Below are positions 1-8,716 of a stretch of 32,000 nucleotides of DNA, one piece after another. Source of the DNA: Candidatus Pacearchaeota archaeon (GTDB lineage Archaea; Nanobdellota; Nanobdellia; Pacearchaeales; UBA284); contig CP061211.1 in assembly GCA_026016245.1 (NCBI GenBank), forward strand, positions 150,001-182,000, read 5' to 3'. Positions within the stretch are counted from its first letter, which is position 1. Each line of letters opens with the position of its first letter. The translations under genes were made by a program, and so were the position numbers. The notes beneath the pieces were generated by a model. It searched no databases. It was given only the letters and a program-made list of their open reading frames with translations, and had not been told where the DNA came from.

Positions 1-26
1 CAGTTAATGTAAGTACTGGCTATGGA

Positions 27-773
27 ATGAGTGAAGTAGTACCTGCCACTTCCTACTTTACTAAATGGAAGGGAAAGCTGACCCAAGATAAATTAAGCAT
101 TGGTTATAATGAAGAAAAAAATATTGGAGCTATAAAATTTGAAGCTGATGGTAACAGAGAAATAAGAGATACAGGAGTTTATTATTTATCCAATGTCATA
201 AATCTTATTGTTTTTAAAGGACGTAGGTTGGATGAGTCTAATTTGGATAGGTATACAAATCCCCTCATAAAAGAAGCTTTAGAAATTTTAAGAAAAGATC
301 TTGAACCAGTAAGGACAAACAGAACAATTCAACAAGTAATAGAAAATACAAAAATAGATGAGCCTGAGAGATTAAAGTGCGAACCTAAAAAATTTGATTT
401 TTTGGGGGAACTAGGAGACTTGGTTGGATATATGGATAATCTTGTTGCAGAGAAAGGTGGGTTTGCTGGCATGAGCATAGTTGATCAGCAATATGAGGCT
501 CCTGACAACAAGAATGCTGGAGAAATTATTATTAAAAAGAGATCTGAAATTTCAGATTTTGTTGATAAGTATCAATTAAGTGAGTTAGGTGCAATAGCCA
601 AAGGAGCGATCATTATTAATGCTCTTCTTGAAAGCAGGATAGATGAAGCTCTAGCTCTTGCTAAGTATCTTCCTGATAACTATAAAGAAAAAGTTTATTC
701 AATTGTTGAGGATATCCAACAGAATTATTCTCAAAATAATAAATTAAATCAAAACAACTTGAAAGGGGGTTAA
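27..773 (+). CDS. hypothetical protein; the frame is open to the window start, so the true start may lie upstream
   Basis: 248 aa ORF; in-frame codons 3-26 contain no stop; followed 3 nt later by the next co-directional ORF. Confidence 0.7.
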   Translation: MSEVVPATSYFTKWKGKLTQDKLSIGYNEEKNIGAIKFEADGNREIRDTGVYYLSNVINLIVFKGRRLDESNLDRYTNPLIKEALEILRKDLEPVRTNRTIQQVIENTKIDEPERLKCEPKKFDFLGELGDLVGYMDNLVAEKGGFAGMSIVDQQYEAPDNKNAGEIIIKKRSEISDFVDKYQLSELGAIAKGAIIINALLESRIDEALALAKYLPDNYKEKVYSIVEDIQQNYSQNNKLNQNNLKGG

Positions 774-776
774 AAA

Positions 777-1664
777 ATGAAATTTATAGCTTTATTAATG
801 GCCCTTGTTTTAGTAATTGCAATGCTTCCTTCAACTTTTGCTGTTGGAGTAAAGCCTATATGGACAACTGAAAGTGTTAAAAGTATAAGAGAGAAATTTA
901 CAGAGCAGAGCACTTTTAGAGAACAAATCAAGCAGCAGATTCAGGATTGTAAAGACAGGGAGGATGAAGAGTGTATGGCTATAAAAGAGGCTGCTCAACA
1001 ACTTACAAAAAATATTCTTTTGAGAGTATGTTCAAGAAGTGAGGATATTTTTGAGAGGTTTGAAGATAGGATAGAGAAGGATCCAAAACTGACTGAGGAA
1101 GAGAAAGATGTATTGAAAGAATCTCTACAGAACCAGAAAGACCAATTAGAAGAGATCTGCGAAGATATTGAAGATGCAGATGAAGAAAGACTTAAGGAAA
1201 TTGTTGCAGAGATTAGGGCCTTGATAAAAGGAACTCATCTGAAATTTAGGATTGCAAGAAAACTTGTCCTTTTGCATAGAATGGGCTTGATTATTGAGAG
1301 GGCTGAACATCTTGAAACAAAACTAGATGATTTTATAGAGAAATGGAATTGTACAAATACAACCAACATAGATCCTCTTGTAGAACAATTTAACAGCCAG
1401 ATAGCAGAGGCAAGAGAATCTTATAATGAAAGCAGAGATTTATGGGGCCAGTTTATAGAAACTGTACAAAATCATGAACCAGACACTGAAATACTTAGAG
1501 AAGCTCAGTCAAAGATGCAAGAAGCTCAGTCAAAGCTAAAAGAAGCTCATAAAACTCTTAAAGAAATAATTCAGGAATTAAGAAAGTGTAGAGAAGCTAG
1601 TGGAGAGGAAGAAGAGCCTGAAGAAGAACCAGAGGAAGAGGAAGAAGAGGAGCCAGAAGAGTAA
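777..1664 (+). CDS. predicted secreted coiled-coil protein with poly-Glu C-terminus
   Basis: N-terminal signal peptide MKFIALLMALVLVIAMLPSTFAV, heptad repeats REAQSKM/QEAQSKL/KEAHKTL, Glu-rich tail, G-rich SD-like stretch AGGGGGT upstream. Confidence 0.75.
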   Translation: MKFIALLMALVLVIAMLPSTFAVGVKPIWTTESVKSIREKFTEQSTFREQIKQQIQDCKDREDEECMAIKEAAQQLTKNILLRVCSRSEDIFERFEDRIEKDPKLTEEEKDVLKESLQNQKDQLEEICEDIEDADEERLKEIVAEIRALIKGTHLKFRIARKLVLLHRMGLIIERAEHLETKLDDFIEKWNCTNTTNIDPLVEQFNSQIAEARESYNESRDLWGQFIETVQNHEPDTEILREAQSKMQEAQSKLKEAHKTLKEIIQELRKCREASGEEEEPEEEPEEEEEEEPEE

Positions 1665-1672
1665 ATAAGAAA

Positions 1673-1882
1673 ATGGAATCAAGAATACTTATGATAGTTT
1701 TAGTTATTATGCTCCTCTTGACACTTTTTCTTGTTTCAGGTGCTGGTTGTGGTGAAGAAGAAGTCAGTGCAGAAAGTCTAGATTCAGAATTAAGTGATTT
1801 GGAAAGCATGAGTCAGGCTCTTAATGATTTGGAGTTTGATATGAATGAATCAGAGTTAGATGATTTAGAAGGGATTATCTAA
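1673..1882 (+). CDS. small predicted membrane/lipoprotein-like acidic protein
   Basis: 69 aa; hydrophobic N-terminus ending in SGAGC followed by an Asp/Glu-rich segment; 8 nt after the preceding gene. Confidence 0.6.
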   Translation: MESRILMIVLVIMLLLTLFLVSGAGCGEEEVSAESLDSELSDLESMSQALNDLEFDMNESELDDLEGII

Positions 1883-2252
1883 TCTCTTTCTTTTTATTTT
1901 TATAAATACCCTCAACTATCCCTTCTGCGAATTTTTTTGAATCTTTTGGGGTTGAGTCATAAAAAGAAATTTTATATTCATGAGGAATTTCACTTAATAT
2001 CCCCCATAATTCATTTTTTGTTAAATCAGAAGGCAAGGCTATATATGCATTTCCTATTATATAAGCTGTAATGTCTCTGTCATTTCTAGTTCCAATAGTT
2101 TGAGGATTAAATACATGAATATCTTTTACTTTTACATCAATCCCCCTGCCTAAAGTTTCTTTTATATTCCATATCACTACTCCTTTCCAATTAAAATTAA
2201 GATCAAGACCTATCTGGATAAAATTCCGTAATTCTTCAATTAGATTTGTCAT
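1875..2252 (-). CDS. hypothetical protein
   Basis: 125 aa ORF convergent with the upstream cluster. Confidence 0.55.
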   Translation of the reverse strand: MTNLIEELRNFIQIGLDLNFNWKGVVIWNIKETLGRGIDVKVKDIHVFNPQTIGTRNDRDITAYIIGNAYIALPSDLTKNELWGILSEIPHEYKISFYDSTPKDSKKFAEGIVEGIYKNKKKEIR

Positions 2253-2295
2253 TTTTATTTAATTATAGAAATACAAGGAAGAAATTTTTAAAGAT

Positions 2296-2994
2296 TTATA
2301 TTCTAAGATGTATCTGTTCAAAATAAGGTTTAAGTGCTTTCTGAAATTTTTTAAGCTCTTGTTTTGTATAAGGTTCTATTTTTTCATAGTGCTCGATTAG
2401 TGTGTTTTGTGGCTGGAATTGCTGTAAAGAGAATAATTTGTTTGCTTGACTTTCTTTCAGATATTGTGCTATTTCCATCAGCTTTTCTTCTGTAATGATC
2501 CCTGGCACGCAAGTAGTTCTAAACTCATAATTTTTTATTTGTTTGATGATTTCTATTGATTGTTTTATTTGCTCTATATCTATTATTCTTTGGGCGACTC
2601 TTTCATAATCATCTTGCTTTATGGTTGTTTTAATGTCCATTGCTATGTAATCCACAAGTTTGTTTTTTATTAGGGTTTGAAGCATTTCTGGATTTGAGCC
2701 ATTTGTATCTATCTTAATTAGGAATCCTAGTTCTTTGATTTTCTTGCAGAATTCTGGCAAATCATTATAGATTGTGGGCTCTCCTCCACAAATAACGACT
2801 GCATCAATGAATCTTTTTCTTTTTTCCAGATAAGAGAAAATTTCTTCTTCAGATATTGCTGGCACTTTTTTTAGCACAAGCTGGGGATTATAACAGAAAG
2901 GGCATCTAAAATTACAGCCTTGGACAAAGATTGTTGAGGAAATTTTTTTAGGATAATCTATTAAAGTAACTTTTTGAAAACCACCTATTATCAT
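2296..2994 (-). CDS. nrdG: anaerobic ribonucleoside-triphosphate reductase activating protein (radical SAM)
   Basis: CNFRCPFC (CxxxCxxC) cluster motif, ICGGEPT motif, directly downstream of nrdD. Confidence 0.9.
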   Translation of the reverse strand: MIIGGFQKVTLIDYPKKISSTIFVQGCNFRCPFCYNPQLVLKKVPAISEEEIFSYLEKRKRFIDAVVICGGEPTIYNDLPEFCKKIKELGFLIKIDTNGSNPEMLQTLIKNKLVDYIAMDIKTTIKQDDYERVAQRIIDIEQIKQSIEIIKQIKNYEFRTTCVPGIITEEKLMEIAQYLKESQANKLFSLQQFQPQNTLIEHYEKIEPYTKQELKKFQKALKPYFEQIHLRI

Positions 2995-3013
2995 TCTTTC
3001 CTTTTTCTTTCCT

Positions 3014-6000
3014 TTAATCTTTTATAGGGATTGTTTTAAGTGTTGTATCAAAAGTTTTTCTGTCAGTGAATTCTGTTCTCTTTCCATTGTTCCATTGATC
3101 TACTGGTCGAAGATAGCCAACAACTCTAGAATAAACCTCACACTTATTTTTGCATTGCGGGCATAGGAAATGTTGTCCAAAAAAGTAGCCATGTTTGGTA
3201 CAGATGCTGAATGTTGGTGTTATAGTGAAATATGGAAGTCTAAAGTTTTCGCAAACTTTTTTTAATAGAGCCTTGATTGCTTCTTTTGATGGCATGCTCT
3301 CCCCAATAAAAGCATGAAAAACTGTTCCTCCAGTGTATTTTGTTTGTAATGGATCCTGTAGTTCTAAAGCAAGAAAAAGATCATTAGTGTAGTTAACTGG
3401 TAGATTTGTTGAGTTAGTATAATAAGGGTCAGCCCCATTTTCCACTGCAGCATTGTTAGCTACAATTATATCAGGAAATGCTTTTTTGTCTATCTTTGCT
3501 AATCTATAACTTGCTCCTTCAGCTGGCGTAGCTTCTAAATTGTAAAGATCATTTGTTTCTTTTTGATATTTTATTATTTCTCCCCTCATAAAGTCAAGAA
3601 CTGATTCAGCAAATTTCCTACCTCTTTCTGTTCCAATATCCAGATTAAATAAATTCATACAAGCTTCATTCATTCCTAATAAGCCAATAGTTGAGAAATG
3701 ATTCACCCAGTATTTATTATAAACTTTTTTTATTTCCCTCAAATAGAATTTTGCATAGGGATACAAGCCTCTGTCAGTAAATTCCTCAAGAACCTTTCTT
3801 TTTATTTCTAGACTTTCCTTTGCTATATTCATTAACTTTCCGAGTTTTTCAAAAAATTCTTCCTCGTTTTTTGTCAAATAACCTATCCTTGGCAAATTTA
3901 TTGTTACTACTCCTATTGAATTACCGCACCAGCTAACTTTTCCATTTCTTCTAACAAAGACGGTGTGATTTTTTACTTCACAACAATAGATTTTTCCTTC
4001 ATAATAAGCTTTTTTGATATTTCTTTTTCTTAGCCTATAATGTTTTGCTTTTTGAACTCCAAGAACATAAATAACCCCAGCTTTTATTTTCCTTCCTTTG
4101 ATTTGAGAAACTTTTTTCTTTTGAGATATACTTGTTCCTAGCCATCCTAATTTCATAATTATTTCCTGTAAATCATCTGCTAATCTTTTAGAAGGAGTCC
4201 AATAATTTATTTGACCAGTAATTTTTCTAACATAACCATCACCTTTTACCATCCAATCAAATAAGATTTTCAACTGTCTTTTACTTAATCTTTTAATTTC
4301 CTTTGGGATAAACTTTTCATATTTATTTCCAAATTGTCGTAAATAAGTCCATAACTGCTTATTACAAATTACAAAATTTATTGCCCTTTCTATATAATAA
4401 TTAAAAGGTAAAGAGTCTAAAACTCTTTTAATCTCTTCTTTTTTCTTTTTATTTACTTGGCTAATCACAGTCCTATAACCATGGTTTTTAGCACTTTTTT
4501 CATTATCAGTACATCCTTCAGCTAACCAGAATCCAAAGAAGCGCAGCCAATTATCCATCTCAATTTTTAAAGCATCTCGATACACCTTGTAAGGAGTTCT
4601 TCCCTGCCTTCCATATTTTGTAAATTTAATTCCAGGCAAAATAAACCATGTTGTCTCTTCTCCTCTCCAAATACCTTGTTTTGGGATACGTTGATTATTA
4701 AAATCAAAATCTTTTGCTTCTACAAACTTTCTTTTACCACTCCCTACTTGGTCTACTACCATTCGATGATTTGGGGTGACTAATAAATCCATGGATTTTG
4801 TTTTAAATTGGCACATTTCTCCTTTATGGTTATATTTGAAAAGTTTTTTTGGTTTATGCAATTCAATTTCATTATTCCTAACTAATGTAAATATCATTTC
4901 ATTTTTGGTTAAATCTTTAAAAAGTTTCCAGCCATTTTCTGTTAAAATTTCTGTTTTTTCATCATAACAACCAGTCAAAGGATTTGCTCCGAATAATCCC
5001 CCCCCTCTTTTAACAAGCTCTCTGTTATCTAACCTTAAGCGGCAACACATACTTCTCGCATCTTCTGGTTTCATATCACTATTAATGAAATTTGAAAAAT
5101 AAGGTATACCATATTTTGCTGTCATTTCCCATATTTTGTCATATTTTGGACTGTTCCATGCAAAATCTTTTGTGATGTTGTATGTGGGAATAGGAAATGT
5201 AAATACTCTATCAACATCATCACCACCAGTATAAACTTCAGTGAGAGCCTGATTAAAAATATCCATCTCTTCCTGGAAATCACCATAAGTTTCTTTCATT
5301 GGGTTTCCTCCTATAATTACTGGCTCGTTTCTCATGAATTCTGGCACTTTCAAATCAAGAGTTATATTTGTGAAAGGTGTATTTCCTGTTATGAATACCT
5401 TGCCATTTCTTCTTGCAATAACTGTTCCGTTTTCAGTATTAGGACACCAGATTGTTCCTAAGTATCTTATCTTTTTGATTTTATTTATGTAAGTATCCTT
5501 GTGTTTTATCAGCCTTAGCACATAAATGGTTTTGGTTCCAATTGTTGGTTTTCTTTCTAAAATAGTTGACCCATATCCTGCATTTGATGCAATTGCCTGT
5601 AAATCATTTAAAATGTCTATGTTAGAAGTTGCAATCTTACAATTCTCAGAGCCTTCAGCTTTCAGGTAATTATCTATAAACAATTCAGACTGACGCTGGC
5701 TCATATCTAATAGAATTTTTGGAATAAAGCTAATACTTGCTTTACTGAACCATTTATGTATTATTTTTGATGATGCAGCATTTAATCTTATTCTCTGAAC
5801 TGGTTTTCCTAAGCCATGTTGAGTATATTCAGAATACTTTAATTTGAAATGTTTTAGCAATTTTTTTATTTCTTCATAATTTTTCTTGTTTTTTATTTCT
5901 GATTGATAAATACTAACTCTATAACAGCATCTGTGTTTGCCTGGTTTTTCTATACTCCCTTCTCCAATTATCCATGCTATTAATTTAATTTGTTCATCAC

Positions 6001-7165
6001 TTACTGGAATGTCTTTCTTAGAATTTTTAGCTGCTATTGGTACAATAAAATGTGATTTTAATTTTATGACTTTTTCAATTGGTTCTAAAACATAATTATT
6101 AGTATTAAATTTTTTTCTTACGACTTTATGTCTAGGGGAAATTAATTGGTCTTGTATCCTATTTTTTAAATTATACATAACCCCTTCATATTCCTTTTTA
6201 AATACACTATTTACTTTTGTGTTTTCTATCACTTTTTTTTCTATATTGAATGTTTTTATTATCATATCTTTTTTTATTTCATTATATTTTTTCCATCCAT
6301 TAATAGTCAGTATTTCTGTATCTTCTGAAATACACTGAAATCCTACACGAGTTGGAACATTTACATTAAACATGAATTCCTGCAAAGCTTGTTTAACTTC
6401 TTTATAACCTAAACCATCATATCGAATAAATGGCGCTAAAAGAGTATCAAAGTTTGATAAAGCTTGGGCACCTGCAGCTTCTCCTTGAAGTGTATAGAAA
6501 AAATTAACAACTTGGCCTAAAGCTACTTTGAAGTGTTTTGCTGGTTTACTATCTATTTTTCCATAAACACCTTTGAATCCTGTCAAAAGCAAATCTTTAA
6601 GATCCCATCCAACACAATATGGAGCAAGAACACCTAAATCATGAACATGAAATGTTCCACTTGTGTGGGCCTCTCTTATTTCTGGGGGATAAATCTTTTT
6701 TAGCCAGTATTGTGATGTTATGAAAGAAGAGACATGATAATTAAGTCCTTGAAGAGAATAAGCCATGTTAGAATTCTCCTTGATACGCCAGTCCTGACCC
6801 GTCAGATATTCCTCTACTTTTTTTGTATTTGTCAAGAGTTCAGAAACTTTTCTTATGTCCTCGTGCTGTTTTCTGTAAAGAATGTAAGATTTGGCTGTTT
6901 CAACATAATTATTTCTCATTAAAACTCTCTCAACAACATCCTGGATACTTTCAACACTAGAGATTTGGCCAGGAGCAAGCTGGTCTTCTATTATGATAGT
7001 AACTTTATGTGCAAGAGTTTCAGCTATCCTCTTGTTTTCTATTTCATCTTTCCCAGTCTCTTTTGTAGCATTAAGTGCTTTTTCAATAGCAACAGCTATT
7101 TTTCCAAGATTGAATTCTGCGATAGAACCATCTCTTTTACGAATCTCTTTTAAAATTTTAGCCAC
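3014..7165 (-). CDS. nrdD: anaerobic (class III) ribonucleoside-triphosphate reductase with two inteins; annotated start GTG at 7165, possible AUU start at 7156
   Basis: N-terminal ATP-cone (IRKRDGSIAEFNLGK), C-terminal CPQCKNKCEVYSRVVGYLRPVDQWN zinc/glycyl radical region; 1383 aa precursor, about 715 aa after removing 318 aa and 350 aa inteins. Confidence 0.95.
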   Translation of the reverse strand: MAKILKEIRKRDGSIAEFNLGKIAVAIEKALNATKETGKDEIENKRIAETLAHKVTIIIEDQLAPGQISSVESIQDVVERVLMRNNYVETAKSYILYRKQHEDIRKVSELLTNTKKVEEYLTGQDWRIKENSNMAYSLQGLNYHVSSFITSQYWLKKIYPPEIREAHTSGTFHVHDLGVLAPYCVGWDLKDLLLTGFKGVYGKIDSKPAKHFKVALGQVVNFFYTLQGEAAGAQALSNFDTLLAPFIRYDGLGYKEVKQALQEFMFNVNVPTRVGFQCISEDTEILTINGWKKYNEIKKDMIIKTFNIEKKVIENTKVNSVFKKEYEGVMYNLKNRIQDQLISPRHKVVRKKFNTNNYVLEPIEKVIKLKSHFIVPIAAKNSKKDIPVSDEQIKLIAWIIGEGSIEKPGKHRCCYRVSIYQSEIKNKKNYEEIKKLLKHFKLKYSEYTQHGLGKPVQRIRLNAASSKIIHKWFSKASISFIPKILLDMSQRQSELFIDNYLKAEGSENCKIATSNIDILNDLQAIASNAGYGSTILERKPTIGTKTIYVLRLIKHKDTYINKIKKIRYLGTIWCPNTENGTVIARRNGKVFITGNTPFTNITLDLKVPEFMRNEPVIIGGNPMKETYGDFQEEMDIFNQALTEVYTGGDDVDRVFTFPIPTYNITKDFAWNSPKYDKIWEMTAKYGIPYFSNFINSDMKPEDARSMCCRLRLDNRELVKRGGGLFGANPLTGCYDEKTEILTENGWKLFKDLTKNEMIFTLVRNNEIELHKPKKLFKYNHKGEMCQFKTKSMDLLVTPNHRMVVDQVGSGKRKFVEAKDFDFNNQRIPKQGIWRGEETTWFILPGIKFTKYGRQGRTPYKVYRDALKIEMDNWLRFFGFWLAEGCTDNEKSAKNHGYRTVISQVNKKKKEEIKRVLDSLPFNYYIERAINFVICNKQLWTYLRQFGNKYEKFIPKEIKRLSKRQLKILFDWMVKGDGYVRKITGQINYWTPSKRLADDLQEIIMKLGWLGTSISQKKKVSQIKGRKIKAGVIYVLGVQKAKHYRLRKRNIKKAYYEGKIYCCEVKNHTVFVRRNGKVSWCGNSIGVVTINLPRIGYLTKNEEEFFEKLGKLMNIAKESLEIKRKVLEEFTDRGLYPYAKFYLREIKKVYNKYWVNHFSTIGLLGMNEACMNLFNLDIGTERGRKFAESVLDFMRGEIIKYQKETNDLYNLEATPAEGASYRLAKIDKKAFPDIIVANNAAVENGADPYYTNSTNLPVNYTNDLFLALELQDPLQTKYTGGTVFHAFIGESMPSKEAIKALLKKVCENFRLPYFTITPTFSICTKHGYFFGQHFLCPQCKNKCEVYSRVVGYLRPVDQWNNGKRTEFTDRKTFDTTLKTIPIKD
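3920..4969 (-). mobile_element. intein 2 in nrdD (350 aa, LAGLIDADG type)
   Basis: starts CYDEKTEILTENGWK, block B TPNHRM, dodecapeptide-like FFGFWLAEG and LFDWMVKGDG, ends VSWCGN|S; removal restores NPLTG|SIGVVTINLP. Confidence 0.95.
5381..6334 (-). mobile_element. intein 1 in nrdD (318 aa, LAGLIDADG type)
   Basis: starts CISEDTEILTINGWKKY, block B-like SPRHKV, dodecapeptide-like LIAWIIGEGS and LFIDNYLKAEG, ends VFITGN|T; removal restores RVGFQ|TPFTNITLDL. Confidence 0.93.
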
Positions 7166-7175
7166 CTCCTAACTG

Positions 7176-7613
7176 TTATTTTTTCCCTAACTCTTTTATT
7201 GTTTTTCTAAAATCCCCAATATCCTCAAATTCTCTATATACAGAAGCAAATCGAATATAAGCAACTTTATCAATCTTTTTCAATTTTTTCATGACCATTT
7301 CTCCTATGATTTTGCTTGGAATTTCAGGGCCATATCCCCTGATTCTTGTCTCTATCTCTGCAACAGCCTTTTCTATCGTTTCCTGACTTACAGGCCTTTT
7401 TTCGCAAGCTTTCATCATCCCTATCAAAAGCTTCTCTCTATCAAAGGGTTCTCTTCTCTCATCTTTTTTTATTACTCTCATATTTGTCTCTATCCTTTCA
7501 TATGTGGTAAATCTCTTTTTACATTTCAAACATTCACGTCTTCTCCTAGTGATGTTTTCTGTATCTCTTTTATCCAAAACTTTTGTATTTCCAGAGCAAT
7601 AAGGACATTTCAT
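7176..7613 (-). CDS. nrdR: NrdR-type transcriptional regulator (zinc ribbon + ATP-cone)
   Basis: MKCPYC...TRRRRECLKCKKRFTTYERIE followed by ATP-cone VIKKDERREPFDREKL; adjacent to nrdD. Confidence 0.93.
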   Translation of the reverse strand: MKCPYCSGNTKVLDKRDTENITRRRRECLKCKKRFTTYERIETNMRVIKKDERREPFDREKLLIGMMKACEKRPVSQETIEKAVAEIETRIRGYGPEIPSKIIGEMVMKKLKKIDKVAYIRFASVYREFEDIGDFRKTIKELGKK

Positions 7614-7632
7614 TTTTGATTTATTTTTAAAA

Positions 7633-7648
7633 ACACAATATCTTGTGT
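7633..7648. promoter_or_regulatory. NrdR-box-like operator, proximal
   Basis: acacaatatcttgtgt: perfect 6 bp arms acacaa/ttgtgt; matches the published NrdR-box consensus acaCwAtATaTwGtgt at 15 of 16 positions by eye. Confidence 0.8.
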
Positions 7649-7664
7649 CCTCTTTTAATATAAA

Positions 7665-7680
7665 ACTACATATAGTATGT
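7665..7680. promoter_or_regulatory. candidate second, degenerate NrdR box
   Basis: actacatatagtatgt; 11 of 16 consensus positions; begins exactly 32 bp from the first box. Confidence 0.55.
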
Positions 7681-7682
7681 TA

Positions 7683-7690
7683 TTTATAAA
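7683..7690 (-). promoter_or_regulatory. TATA box for the nrdR-nrdD-nrdG operon
   Basis: TTTATAAA on the minus strand next to the operator pair, upstream of nrdR. Confidence 0.55.
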
Positions 7691-7794
7691 CTTTGTGGTT
7701 TTAAAATTCAAAGGTTTAAAAGAATATTGTTTTATTTTGTATATTTTATAATGTGATAAAACTTATAAAAATCTTTGTATGATAGACCTATATT

Positions 7795-8715
7795 ATGAGA
7801 TTTCCAATTACAACGGAAAAAACTGAATTTGAGTCAACTAATTTTGTAAATTTATCGGAAGCATTGCAAGAATCTTTACAAGATATGGATATAATTAACC
7901 CCAAAACTTATGAAGCTAAACAAAAATATTTTGATTTGCCTATTGAAGAAGGGCTCATGTTAAAATGTTTATCTAAATTTTTTGATCTTACTAGTAATTT
8001 TCATGTTGGCTGCTCTGCTGATATAAGACCACCAAGTTTTGCTTTTTATATGTTTAAAGGTTCGGCTGACACAAGAGAAGGTGCATTTAATTTTTATTAT
8101 CGAAGAATGCTTAAATTAAGTACTTTTTTAGAAAATACTTCTTTTAGAAATGAAAGAGGTGTCAGAGATCTAGAATCACTTGCAAGGGCTTATAATCAAA
8201 GAGAGAATTATGGAGAAAAAATAGGTATCAGTTGGAACGGTTGGACTGGAGATGAAGATAAACAATTTGGCAAAACTGGTTTTTCTGGTGCTAATATTAG
8301 CCTAGAATTTGATAGTAATTTTTTAAAAGAATTTGATGGAGTTGATGATTTAAGTAAAGAACCTTGGGCTTTCAAAAGCCCGCTATATGGAAAATGTACT
8401 CCTTTCTATCAGCTTGCAAAGAACACAAAATTAGCAGAAATAATTAAAGAATATCATAAACAAAAAGAAAAATTAAATCATTATCACCCCCAATTTATAT
8501 TATCTTATAATCTATCTATATTAAACTATAGTATTGATGATGTTTTATTTGGTATTTTTCAAGTTGCGAATAAAATCTTTTCAACTAAAGAAGATATAGA
8601 AACAAATAAAAATATAATAATAGAAAGCTGTTCAAGTTATATCCCAGCTCCAGAAAACTTTGATTTTTATAAAGAAAATCACCTATATTTTAAGCTTGGT
8701 GGTGGGAACAAATAA
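7795..8715 (+). CDS. hypothetical protein
   Basis: 306 aa ORF; TATA-like acttataaaa (7761-7770) about 30 nt upstream of ATG. Confidence 0.7.
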   Translation: MRFPITTEKTEFESTNFVNLSEALQESLQDMDIINPKTYEAKQKYFDLPIEEGLMLKCLSKFFDLTSNFHVGCSADIRPPSFAFYMFKGSADTREGAFNFYYRRMLKLSTFLENTSFRNERGVRDLESLARAYNQRENYGEKIGISWNGWTGDEDKQFGKTGFSGANISLEFDSNFLKEFDGVDDLSKEPWAFKSPLYGKCTPFYQLAKNTKLAEIIKEYHKQKEKLNHYHPQFILSYNLSILNYSIDDVLFGIFQVANKIFSTKEDIETNKNIIIESCSSYIPAPENFDFYKENHLYFKLGGGNK

Positions 8716-8716
8716 T

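Noticed and set aside
4776-7153. Plus-strand ORFs 4776-4967, 6734-6922, 6965-7153
   Set aside because: Short, antisense to nrdD, with no promoter or motif support.
3014-7165. nrdD interpreted as a fusion with separate endonuclease genes
   Set aside because: The inserts are in frame, have Cys first residues and Asn followed by Thr/Ser at the end, and precise excision restores NrdD, so inteins are the better explanation.
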